From assembly GCA_030390025.1 (NCBI GenBank), contig JASTWF010000331.1, positions 496,001-535,600 on the forward strand: 39,600 bases of DNA. The letters run 5' to 3'. This DNA is from Squalus acanthias. Taxonomy: Eukaryota. Position numbers and translations under genes: made by a program. Below, in pieces: positions 24,403 through 36,119 of this stretch; position 1 is the first letter of the stretch; every line of letters starts with the position of its first letter. The notes beneath the pieces are model-generated. The model was not told the origin of the DNA. It did no database searches and worked only from the letters and a program-made list of their open reading frames with translations.

Positions 24403-25576
24403 TGAATGTTTTTATTGGTGTAAGTTGAAGAGCAGCAGAGGTAATGATGGCCCGGAAGTTGCAAAGCATCATTTCTCTTTGTTAATCCAAACATTTTGGA
24501 CAGATGTATTGGTTCATTATTGTTATTGAGGACCAGTGTCAGCCAAACTATTGGGGTATTACTGGTGAAGTCCTTTATCCAGAGTCATGCTTGTACTCCT
24601 TGCAGTAGCTTCCCACAAAGGACCAGTGGCAGAGTCCTCAAAGCTTTCTTACCCTTCAGACTGGGAAATCATGGTGGGGAGGGGGCAGAATGTTTATGAC
24701 GCTGTTGTCGGCTGCAGTACGTAATGATTTAAAAGTTTGGCCATTAGCTTGAGACAGCTCAAACTTAAAGGGTCAGAACTTGGATGCCTGATTAAAAGTA
24801 ATTTGGGCGTTTGTAGCCCTGTTCAGAAGTGGTGCTCTCCACTGTCTGACTTTTTAACATTGTCCTTCTTATGAGGCTGCTGTGGAATTGACTTCCAGGG
24901 TTAGTATTTGAGGCAGAAATGTCAACATTCCAGATTAGATTGGGCAGGTGGCTGAAGGGATGTCTCAACAGGGTGAGTAAATGTGACTGGGGCCATTTGC
25001 TCACATGGAGGGTAAATGGCTTTTTTTCCATGTTGTAGCTTGCATGTATTTCTATGTAATGCCCTTCCTTTTAAATGTGCATAGCAGAGGAGAAGCTTTT
25101 AACTCACTAAGACTAAAATAGTTAGCTCAAATAAGTGGTGTGAATGTCTAGGTGGATTAAAAGGCTTATATATGGTCGTGACTAATACAGACTACATATT
25201 GCATACAGCATTCATCTTCAATAATCAGATAAAACCACCTTGACCAAAGTGCAGATTTATGATGGAGCACCATGCCAGCTGCACGCCATCGCCCATTCCA
25301 AAAGCATTAAAGTTTTGAATTCAATAATAGATTGAACTGTTGTGCCACTCTTTAATAAAATGTTTAGAGGCAGACTATTAGGCAATACGTTTCAAAAGGA
25401 TCAAAAGGCAGTGTACACAGTAATGCCTTTCAACCTGTGCCAGGATTTCTGATCTAGTTCACTTAGAATTCATGTTGTACTAGCTACAATGCTGTTTTTA
25501 ACAGCTTTGGAGATTGCTGATGTCTTTCATAACTAACTGATACAGTAGGTGATGTTGGGAAATTCTCCTTCAATGT

Positions 25577-25722
25577 CATAGAAACACAGAAACACAGACG
25601 ATAGGAGCAGGAGTAGGCCATTCGGCCCCTCGAGCCGTCTCTGCCATTCGATGAGATCATGGCTTATCATCCAAACTCAGTACACTGTCCCTGCCTTCTT
25701 CCCATATCCCTTGATACCTTTA
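25577..25722 (-). mobile_element. CR1 3'UTR fragment
   Basis: Reverse complement of 2555-2686. Confidence 0.85.
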
Positions 25723-26439
25723 TAGAACATTCCTTTGGTAGCTAACAATCTATTTTTTTTTATTTCTACCTGACTGGAGAAACTACTTGAAATCTGGACT
25801 GCAGATGGTGGTTGGCACTGCTATTTGTAGTCAGCAGTTTCATGGTGCATGCTATTAATGTAAACTTATAAAGAGCATTCCCTTCCCAGTAGAACCTTTG
25901 AAGGTACAGGATCTTTGAGCCTCCCTGATTGCACAGTTGGTAAGTGCATCATTCAGTGTGGAACAGAGCCATCTAAACTCTGGAGTTTATGCTGAGAAAG
26001 CTGATATCCTGGGCTATAGAATGCAAATATCAGCCAATGTTCCTGCTACTTATCCAGTGGCCCTTTGTGGAAAGTGTGCATTTGAGGATGGGTTCTGACA
26101 GGATTGGGATCAGTGTGATGCCTCCCATGGTTCAATCCCCTGCCAGTAGTCGTTGCCCAGGCTCATAAGGAAGAATGTCCACTTGAACAAAGTATGGGAG
26201 CGCAGCCCACACTTGTGGAATCAGACTAACATGACAGAAAGGAAAAGAAGACTGGCCCTTATCCAGATTATCTGTGCCCTACATTGTTCCTATTATGGGC
26301 GATGTATACTAGACTGTGCCACCCCTGTGTGTGTATAAAGGACTGTACTATGCCCATGCATAGTAACAATGATGCACCAGTCAGTAACCGTGGGCTCGCA
26401 CCATATTCAGAAGTACAATGTGCTCAAAATGCATCTATA

Positions 26440-26905
26440 TACATGGAGATATTCGGTTTTTAAAATCTGTACAAGTACATGTGGCAACACAATAAGAGCT
26501 CAGTTCGAGTACTGTGTGGTGCATTGGGCTTTACGCGATGGGAAGGATATTGAGGCTTCAGAAAAGGTTCAATACTGTTTCCTGGTTTGAGAACATTCAA
26601 ATAATAAGAAAGACTAGGAAAAGTGTATTTTTTTCATTTGAACAACACAGATTATGGAAAAATACAGTGGTGTTTAAAATTATGAAAGGATGAGGCAAGG
26701 TAGATAAAAGCAGATTGTTTCCAGTATTTGAGGGTTCAAGTATGAGGGGCCACAGATTGAGATTTGAAAATGGAGGGTGGGGTGGGTGTGGGGAGACACT
26801 TCGTCACACACAGTTATGAGGCTGTGGATTTCACTTTCAGCGTTAGTTGTTTAGGCAGAAACTATGTAAACATTCTGGATTAGATTGAATAGGGATGAAG
26901 GAAAG
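26440..26905 (+). mobile_element. Old CR1 3' fragment
   Basis: IRAQFEYCV..KDIEASEKVQ; degenerate. Confidence 0.65.
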
Positions 26906-26914
26906 GGGGTTTAC

Positions 26915-27170
26915 ATAGGATTACAGAGGATATGCAGCACAGAAACAGTCCATTCGGCACAACCAGTCCCTGCTGGCGTTTATGCTTCATTCGAGCCTCC
27001 TTCTGTCTTTCCTCAACTAACTCTATCAGCGTAAACTTCTATTCCCTTCTCCCTCATAAGCTATCTAACTACCCCTTAAATGCATCTATACTATTCGCTT
27101 CAACCACTCCCTGTGGTAGCGGGTTCCACATTCTCACCACCCTCTAAGTAAACAAGTTCCTTCTGAATTA
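26915..27170 (-). mobile_element. CR1 3' end fragment
   Basis: Similar to the reverse complement of 29620-29830 and to 39045-39270. Confidence 0.7.
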
Positions 27171-29850
27171 ACATATTCAGAGAAGATAGAGAGGGCAAAA
27201 GAGATGGTGGAGTAGCTGTACTTATTAGAGATTACATAATGGCAATAGGATAAAGGGACGTAGATATCAGCAAGACAAAAATAGAATCCATATGGACAGA
27301 GATAAAAGATCATTCACACTAATAGGGTTAGTCTACAGACTACCTAATAGTGGAACGGAGGTGGAGGATGAAATATGCAGACACATTAGAGAAATGAGTA
27401 AAAAACATAGAATAATAATCATGGGTGATTTCAACTACCCCGATGTCAATTGGACAGAAGAGGTAGGTAAAGGGGATAAGGTAATGTGTACAGGACACCT
27501 TTCTAACCCAATATGTAAGAAGTCCAACAAGGCAGGATTCGCTATTGGATCTAGTTATGGGGAATGAGCCAGAGCAGATAAGAGAAATAAAAGTAGGGGG
27601 ACATACAGGCAATAGTGTCCATAATATAGGCTTTTAGATGATAACAGAGAAGGACAAAAGTATGACAAGGTGAGTAGATTGGAGAAAAGCTGATTTTGAG
27701 GGGCTGAGAATATAACTTGAGAAGATAAAATGGGCAACAATATTGACAAACAACGATGTAGAACGACAATGGGAAACATATAAAACGGTATTTCAGAGTG
27801 CAAGAAAAATATATTCCGCTAAAAGGAAAGAACAAACTTAACACTAATGAGACTCCATGGATGAATAAAGACATATGGGAACAATTGAGGGTAAGGAAAG
27901 AGGCATACATTACGTACATAGACAACAGAGGAGTGCCTGATAAGAGAGAATACGAAGGGATTCGGAGAGAATTTTAAAAAACACTTCCGCAGGCAAAGAG
28001 GAACTGTGAAATTAAATTATCAAGGAACATAAAACAAACAAAGTAAAATATTTTACAGGCACATCAATAATTTGGAAGGTTGGGATGGGAATAGGGCTAT
28101 TGAGGGATAGACAGGGCAATACCACAGCTAACGATAGGGAGATGGCAGAAATATTAAATAATTATTTTGCTTCGGTATTTACCAGGAAGATAGAACCGGT
28201 GGACCTGATTTTGGATGATATGAGAAATGAGATAAGTGCATTTAAAATTAAAAGAGGGGATGTATTAAATAAACTAATCAAACTCAGAGGATAAACCACT
28301 AGTCCGCATGGATTGCATCCCCGCATTTTAAAATAATCCAGGGAAGAGATAATTACTACACCTATTTAATAATTTGTTAGAAAAAGGTGCAGTGCCAGGG
28401 GACTGGCAGATAGCTAACATCATACCTCGATTTAAGAAAGGCTATAGAACATGTCCAGGGAATTATAGACGAATCAGCTTAACATCGGTGATAGGAAAAG
28501 TAATGGAATCCCTACTAAAGGAGAAAATAGAAGAACATCTAGCAATGAAAAGTATAATAATGAATAGTCAGCATGGATTTCAAAAGGGAAAGTCTTGCTT
28601 GACCAAGCTCATTGAATTTTTTGAAGAGGTAACAGAGAGTAGACACTGGTAACGCAGTAGATGTAATTAATCTAGATTTTCAAAAGGCCTTCGATAAGGT
28701 ACACCATAATAGACTGGTGAACAAGATCAGAGAATGCGCAGTCAGGGGCCAAGTAGCAGAAGGAATTGCTGGCTGGCTTCAAGACAGAAAGCAGGGAGTA
28801 AGGGTAAAAGGTAGCTATTGACCGTGGCAGAAGGTTGGTAGTGGTGTTCCAAAAGGATCAGTGCTGGGACCACTGCTGTTCACCATTTATATTAACGATT
28901 CAGACTTTGGAATCAAAACACAATTTCTAAATTTGTGGATGATGCCAAATTGGGGTGGGGAGGGTGGGTGTGAGAGTCAATACAGAGAAGGACTGCATTA
29001 AATTACAGGAGGTCATTAATATACTTGCAGAATGGGCATATAATTGGTAAATGAAGTTCAACACAGATAAATGTGTTCGATTTTGGGAGGAAGAATAGGG
29101 AGGTCACTTCTTCTAAGGAGGGTGCGAATCTAGGTGGGGTAGAGGAACAAAGGGATATCGGAGTACAAATACACAAATCACTAAAAGTTGTGAGGTTAGC
29201 AAGGCCATAAAAAAGCAAACCAAGCACTAGGGTTTATTTCTAGAGGTTTAGAATTGAAAAGTAGGAAAGTTATGCTAAACCTGTATCGAACCTTGATTAG
29301 ACCACACTTGGAGTACTGCGTACATTTCTGGTTGCCATGTTATCAGGAGGATATAGAGGCACTGGAGAGAGTGCAGTGAAGATTTATAAGGATGATACCA
29401 GAAATGCGAGGATATACATATCAGGAAAAGATGAACAGGCTGGGTCTCTTTTCTCTTGAAAAAAGTATGCTGAGGGGTGACATAATAGTGGGCTTTAAAA
29501 TTAATGAAAGGTTTTGATAGAGTGGATACAGAGAGAATGTTTCCACTTGTGGGGAAGAGCATAACTAGAGGCCACCAATATACGATAGTCACCAAGAAAT
29601 CCAATAGGGAATTCAGAAGAATCTTCTTTACCCAGAGAGTTTTGAGAATGTGGAACACGCTACCACAGGGAATGATTGAAGCAGAAAGTAAAGATGTAAG
29701 GGGAGGCTGGACAACCATATGAGGGAGAAGGGAATAGAGGGTTATGTTGAGAGATTTAGATGAGGAAAGACGAGAGGAGGCTCGAGTGGAGCGTAAACGA
29801 CTGGCTGGCCGAATGGCCTGTTTCTGTGTCCTATATCATATGTAATCCAA
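27171..29850 (+). mobile_element. Nearly complete but inactivated CR1 ORF2 (EN + RT + 3'UTR)
   Basis: VYRLP..IIMGDFNYPD, GNYRRISLTSVIGK, SQHGFQKGKSC, LDFQKAFDKV, GSVLGPLLF, RPHLEYC; many stops and frameshifts. Confidence 0.93.
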
Positions 29851-29859
29851 TTTCCCAAT

Positions 29860-32130
29860 CTCCCACAGCCACCTCACCCCCTCTTAATGTAATTGGCTTA
29901 TTTACGTTTAAGACTCTAGTTTCGGACTTAAGTTTCACTCTCAAAATCAATGTGAAATGCGATCGTATTATAATCACTTTTCCCCAGAGGATCCTTTACT
30001 ATGAGATTAATAATTAAAATGACAAGCATCTGGAAGCTCAGGGTCACGCATGCGGACTGAACGGAGTTGTTCATCAAAGTGATCAACCTTCCCCGAGGAT
30101 CCTTTACGATAATATTACTAATTAACGCTGTCTCATTGCACAATACTTATATAAAGTAGCCTGCTCCCTCGATGGTTCTTCAACATATTGTTCTAGAAAA
30201 CTGTCTCGAATCCATTCCATGAACTCGTCCTCCAAGCTACTTTTGCCAATTGGTTTGTCCAGTCTATATGAAGATTATAGTCCCCCATGATTATTTCATT
30301 ACCCTTGTTGCATGCTGCTCTAATTTACTGATTATACCCTGTCCAATACTATGATTACTATTAGGGGGCCTATAAACTACTCCCACTGGTGTTTTCTGCC
30401 CTTTTGTATTTCTTAGCTCCACCTGTACTGAATTTATACACTGATTTTCTGGGCTAAGATCTTATCTCTCGACTGCCTTTTTCTCATCCTTTATTATCCG
30501 AGCAACCACACCTCCTTTTCCATTTTGTCTATCTTTTCTAAAAGTCACGTACTCTGGAATATTTAGTTCCCTACCTTGGGCACCCTGCAACCACATCTCA
30601 GTAAACGCTACTAGAGCAAACCCATTTATCGCTATTAGTGACAAGAATTCATCTATCTTGTTACGAATGCTTCGTGCATTCAGATATAGTTCATTTAATT
30701 TTAAATTTTTCGTATTTTTCTCTCATGTGGCTTCAGTCTTTAATGCCCATTTACCATTATTGAACTCTATGTCCATTCCTGGCACAATCTGCTTGATATT
30801 ACCCAATCACTACCCTGCTCTACAGCCTTGACTTTTCTCTTCAGACTGAAACATTTACACTTTCCTGAACCTTCTCTCTCCCTTCATTACTATAAAGCCC
30901 TATCTACCGCCCCAGTTATTCGGTTCACCAGGACACGGGTCCCAGCCCGGTTTAAGTGTAGTCCATCCCAACAGAACAGCTCCCTCTTTCCCCAGTACTG
31001 GTGCCAGTGCACCGTGAATTGAAATCCCTGCCTCACACTCTTCCAGCTACGCATTTAAAAGTTTAATCTGTTTGTCCCTTTGCACATGGCTCAGGTAACA
31101 ATCCAGACATGACCTGTTGGTGTCCGCTTTTTAATTTGAACCTAGCTCCTAAAATTCCCTCAGCAGGACCTCTTTCTATGTCCTACTTAAGTCACTGGTA
31201 CCTCCGTGGACAGCAACAACTGAATCCTTCCCCTACCACTCCAAGTCCTTCTCCAGCCACGAGGAGATGACCTTAACCCTGGCAGGGAACACAGCCTTCG
31301 GGACTCGCGTTCGCGGCTGCAGGGAATCGTATTTATTCCCCTGATTATACTGCCCCCTGCCGCTACTACATTCCTTTTCACTCGCCCCACTTGGATGGCC
31401 TCCTGTATCCACAGGGCCGTGGTTCATTTGCCCATCCTCCTTGCAGTCTCACCTACACCGGTAGCAAGTACCTCACACCTGTTAGATAAGGGCAAAGGCT
31501 GAGGCTCCGCCACCAATGCATCTGCGGTCCCCTTACCTGCTTGAGTTACAGTCACACTCTCCTGTCCCTGACCACTAACCAAATCTAAACAACTAAGGGG
31601 TGTGACTACCTCCTGGAACACAGTGTCCAGGTAACTCTCCACCTCCCTGATCCATCGCAATGTCTGCACCTAGGAATCCAGCTTAACAACTCTGAGCCGA
31701 AATTTCTCGAGTTGCAAACACTTACTGCAGACGTGGTTGTGCGGGATCACAGAACTCTCTACAAACTCCCACATGCTGCAGACGGGACATCCCTCCTGCA
31801 CTGCCATCTTTATCTAACCTTGTTTTATATATTTAATTAATTAAAGCTTTATGTAATTAATTCACTTGGTTTATTTTCAGTTTTTTAAATTAATTAACTT
31901 CACGAGTTTAAATTATTGTTTTAATAAATTATTAGTTGAAAATTTCTAGTTTTAAATAATTACTGCCTCAAGCTTACACAAAGCACTACAAGTGTTAAAG
32001 GAAAAAATAAGCACCTCCTTCCCACTCAGCACCGAATTTCCACTCTCACCAAATTCTCATCCTCCCACTCTGTTCACGATGCTCTCCGCTCATGTTGCCG
32101 GAATCGCCGATTGCCGACAAAGCGGAAACT
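29860..32130 (-). mobile_element. CR1 5' half: 5'UTR, ORF1 (zinc finger/leucine zipper + SGNH-esterase-like) and endonuclease
   Basis: ATG at 31807 gives MAVQEGCPVCSMWEF..HVCSKCLQL; VVAAGGSIIRG (GDS motif remnant); EN motifs TEMWL..RKDR..GGVV and LGKSD. 5' boundary approximate. Confidence 0.85.
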
Positions 32131-32380
32131 GGCTTTAAAAAAATATATAAATGTATGACAGATCACATTGCTCACGGTGACTCAGAGGATTCATCGTCTT
32201 ATCCCAGTTAACAAGTCAGGGCGACTGATTGATGGTAGTTGTGTCATTGAAATTGTGCTTTTATTACAAAGTTGTGGCAGTGTCAGTAATCTGATCAAAC
32301 TCAACTCCATGATTGTGTACATATTTGAACACAATGCAGTTGATCCCACTCGCATATGTAATCTAGACTGAAACTTTAAA

Positions 32381-32820
32381 GCAGTACTGAGGGAGTGCTG
32401 CACTGTCTGAGGGGCAGTGCTGAGGGAGCACTACATTGTCGACTGGGCAGTACTGAGGGAGCACTACACTGTCGGAGGGGCAGTACTGAGGGAGCACTAC
32501 ATTGTTGAATGGGCAATACTGAGGGAGCACTACACTGTCAGAGGGGCAGTACTGAGGGAGCGCTGCATTGTTGAATGGGCAGTACTGAGGGGGCACTACA
32601 ATTTTGAATGGGCAGTACTGAGGGAGCACTAAATTGTTGAATGTGCAGTACTGAGGGAGCACTACATTGTTGAATGGGCAGTACTGAGGGAGCACCGTAC
32701 TGTCGGAGGGTCAGTGCTGAGTGAACGCTGAACTGTTGGAGAGGTGTGCCGAATGAGTGATGCACTGTTGGAGGTGCTATACTGAGGAAGTGCTGCACTG
32801 TTGGAGGGGCAGTACTGAGG
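32381..32820. repeat. 33-bp minisatellite, about 13 units
   Basis: Unit GCAGTACTGAGGGAGCACTACATTGTTGAATGG; 11-aa periodicity in the ORF track. Confidence 0.95.
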
Positions 32821-32953
32821 GAGGCCCCAGGAGCAGCTCCACCGAGTGCCCCGTGGGCAGGTACATACGAAAGATCTCAACCCTTCGACTATTCCGAGTT
32901 ACAGGGATGTGTCCAACAATTAAGACCAAACCGTCCACAGACGTGCCCCATAG

Positions 32954-33974
32954 CATCAACAGGTTCCATCCCACCATCAAACTCACCATGGACTACTCCT
33001 CAGAATCGGTTTCATTCTTGGACACACGAATCTCCATCAAAGACGGACGCCTCAGCACTTCACTCTACCGCAAGCCCACGGACAACCTCACGATGCTCCA
33101 CTTCTCCAGCTTCCACCCTAACCACGTTAAAGAAGCCATCCCCTATGGACAAGCCCTGCGAATACACAGGATCTGCTCAGACGAGGAGGAACGCGATGGA
33201 CACCTACGGACACTGAAAGATGCTCTCGTAAGAACGGGATATGACGCTCGACTCGTCGATCGACAGTTCCGACGGGCCACAGCGAAAAACCGCATAGACC
33301 TCCTCAGAAGACGAACACGGGACACAACCAACAGAGTACCCTACGTCGTCCAGTACTTCCCCGGAGCGGAAAAACTACGCCATGTTCTTCGCAGCCTTCA
33401 ACATGTCATCGATGACGACGAACACCTTGCTAAGGCCATCCCCACGCCTCCACTACTCGCCTTCAAGCAGCCGCCTAACCTCAAAAGTACCATCGTTCGC
33501 AGCAGATTACCCATCTTTCAGGAGAACAGCAACCAAGACACCACACAACCCTGCCACGGCAACCTCTGCAAGACATGCCAAATCATGGACACAGATACCA
33601 TCATTACACGTGAGGACACTACCCACCAGGTACACGGTACATACTCATGTGACTCGGCCAACGTTGTCTACCTGATACGTTGCAGTAAAGGATGCTCCAG
33701 AGCATGGTACATCGGCGAGACCATGCAGACACTGAGACAACGTATGAACGGACACCGCGCAACAATCGCCAGGCAGGAGGGTTGCCTCCCAGTCGGGGAA
33801 CACTTCAGCAGCCAGGGGCATTCAGCCTCGGATCAGCGGGTAAGCGTTCTCCAAGGCTGCCTTCGAGATACACGACAGCGCAAAATCATAGAGCAGAAAC
33901 TGATAGCCAAGTTCCGCACTCATGAGGATGGCCTCAATCGCGATATCGGGTTCATGTCACGATACAGAACGTGA
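32954..33974 (+). CDS. PLE reverse transcriptase C-terminus/thumb + GIY-YIG endonuclease (uninterrupted, 5'-truncated)
   Basis: HPTIKLT..VSFLD..YRKPT..SFHP; CxxxxCxxC; VVY-LIRC..YIGET..LRQRMNGH..GEHF..E..GLN. Confidence 0.92.
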
Positions 33975-34194
33975 CTTGACATCATGGCCGGTCTTTCCAG
34001 GTGTTTTTTTTTTATAAAAAGGCTAACACAAGAACACAAATTGACAGGATATGCAGCCAGCAGGTGGTTTGACACGTTGGTCCCCCTGGGACACATCTCA
34101 TTGTCTTGGCTGTGCTCTTTGTTGTAGCGAATAATGTGAATAGATTTTGTCTGGGTTTAAATTGTGAATTCTGGGAGATTCTCTCATTGCTAAC

Positions 34195-34232
34195 TTACCT
34201 GACGAAGGAGCGACAGCTCCGAAAGCTTGTAA
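34195..34232 (+). ncRNA. Minimal type-I hammerhead ribozyme
   Basis: Stem I TTAC/GTAA, CTGACGA, stem II GGAGC-gaca-GCTCC, GAAA, palindromic AGCT, triplet CUU. Confidence 0.87.
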
Positions 34233-35882
34233 AATTAAATAAATCTGTTGGACTATAACCTGGTGTTGTGCGACTTCCCATAGAATTAAGACAGCGTCTA
34301 CAGAGGTTTCGGAATTACCAGCCCAATTTTGAAATCAGTGATATGGAGAAAGTTATTTTGTCCGCTCTTACTTCGGACTTGCGAGCTAGCCTCCCTTTTG
34401 TTATCTTTAACCAAGGTATTACCCTAAACGAGTTAATTAGTGCCTTACAAATAGCTTTGGGAATAGATTACATAGACCTGGGGGAGAAAATCACCAAACT
34501 AAACAGGGTCCCCAGTAATGTCCTGCCGCGATCGGGGACCGATTGTACACTATCTATGAGATGATGCAAGAGATCCCCAATGGTGACGTTTTAAATGTAA
34601 AGAATGAGTTTACTTTTCAGAAGGTGTATCTAAAAAATATAGTCTGCGCTCCGAGCAACCCGCGGTCATACAGTCAAACACAACTCGCCCTGGATTCATC
34701 TACGAGAAGCGAATGCCACGTGGACGTATTTTAAGAATCAGGTCCAGGGTCCCGAGAAGGGAAAACCCGTCCAAGTAGTGGAAGGGCCCCGCGTTGATCC
34801 ATCTGCGCCCCCCTTTAAACATCATCGGTGCGCTATAATTGTGCAAAGGACTGTCGGAACGCTAAATGGCCAGAGTCCGGAACGGGGTGGTCTAACAATT
34901 ACCACCGCTCAAATCCAAACCCTTAAGTAACTTAGAAAATCATAACACGATTAGACAGAGTCAACATGGTTTTATGAAAGGGAAATCGTGCTGGTCAAAT
35001 TTATTAGAGTTTTTTGAGGATGTAACTAGCAGGGTAGATACAGGGTAACCAGTGGATGCTCTATATTTGGATTTCCAAAAGGCATGCGATAAGCTGCCAC
35101 ATAAAAGGTTGTTACACAATATTAGGGTACATGGTGTTGGGAGTAATATAGCAGCATGGATAAAGGATTGGTTAACAGACAGAAAACAGAGAGCAGGGAT
35201 AAACGGATCTTTTACAGGTTGGCAGGCTGTAGCTAGTGGGGTGCTGCAAGGATCAGTGTTGGGGCCTCAGCTATTTACAATCTCTATCAATGACCTAGAT
35301 GAAGGAATCGAGTGTAATTTAAAGTTTGCTGATGATACACAGATTGGTGGGATAGTAAGCTGTGAGGAGAACAGAAAGAGTCTGCAAAGGGATATCGATA
35401 GACTTAGTGAGTGGGCAGTAAGGTGGCAGATGGAGTATAATGTAGGAAATGTGAGTTTATTCACTTTGCTAGGAAGAATAGAATAACAGATATTTTTTAA
35501 ATGGTGAGAAACTTTCAAATGTTGGTGTTCAGAGAGATCTGGGTGTCCTCGTGCAAGAAAAACAGAAAGCTAGCATGCAGCTACAGCAAGCAATAAGGAA
35601 GACAAATGGTATGTTGGCCTTTATTGCAAGGGGGTTGGAGTATAAGAGTAAGGAAGTCTTGCTACAATTGTACAGGGCCTTGGTGAGACCACACCTGGAG
35701 TACTGTGCAGAGTTTTGGTATCCTTATACTTGAATTGGGGGCGGTGCAATGAAGGTTCACTAGATTGATTCCTGGGATGAGAGGGTTGTACTATAATGAG
35801 AGATTGTGTAGAATGGGCCTATACTCTGTTGAGATAGAAGAATCTGAGGTGATCTCATTGAAAGTTATAAGATTCTGAAGGG

Positions 35883-36119
35883 ATAGCAAAATACTGCGGA
35901 TGCTGGAAATCTGAAATAACAACAGAAAACGCTGGAAAAACTCAGCAGGCCAGGCAGCATCCGTGGAGAGAGAAAGAGAGTTAACGTTTCAGGTCGATGA
36001 CCTTTCGTCAGAACTGTGAAGAGCCGGAAATCAAATAGATTTAAGGCCAGAGTAAAGCTGGGAAAAGGGGGAGGGGATAAAAGAACAAAGGGGGAGATGA
36101 AGAGACACTGTCTTCAGAG
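35883..36119 (-). mobile_element. Short hammerhead-bearing Penelope-derived element nested in CR1
   Basis: Flanked by the direct repeat AGATTCTGAAGGG (35870-35882, 36120-36132); homologous to 20215-20520. Confidence 0.82.
35979..36015 (-). ncRNA. Minimal type-I hammerhead ribozyme
   Basis: Reverse strand reads AGTT CTGACGA A AGGTC-atc-GACCT GAAA CGT T AACT. Confidence 0.87.

Larger units (their letters stand above)
32954..34276 (+). mobile_element. 5'-truncated Penelope-like element (Poseidon-type) with 7-bp flanking duplication CCCATAG
   Basis: ORF plus 3' terminus with hammerhead; CCCATAG at 32947-32953 and 34277-34283. Confidence 0.93.

Noticed and set aside
25915..26190. tRNA gene
   Set aside because: Only a degenerate A-box-like start and no cloverleaf; at most an old SINE head.
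32757..32953. N-terminus of the 405-aa ORF as a real protein start
   Set aside because: It is satellite plus out-of-frame gag sequence fused by chance to the truncated PLE.
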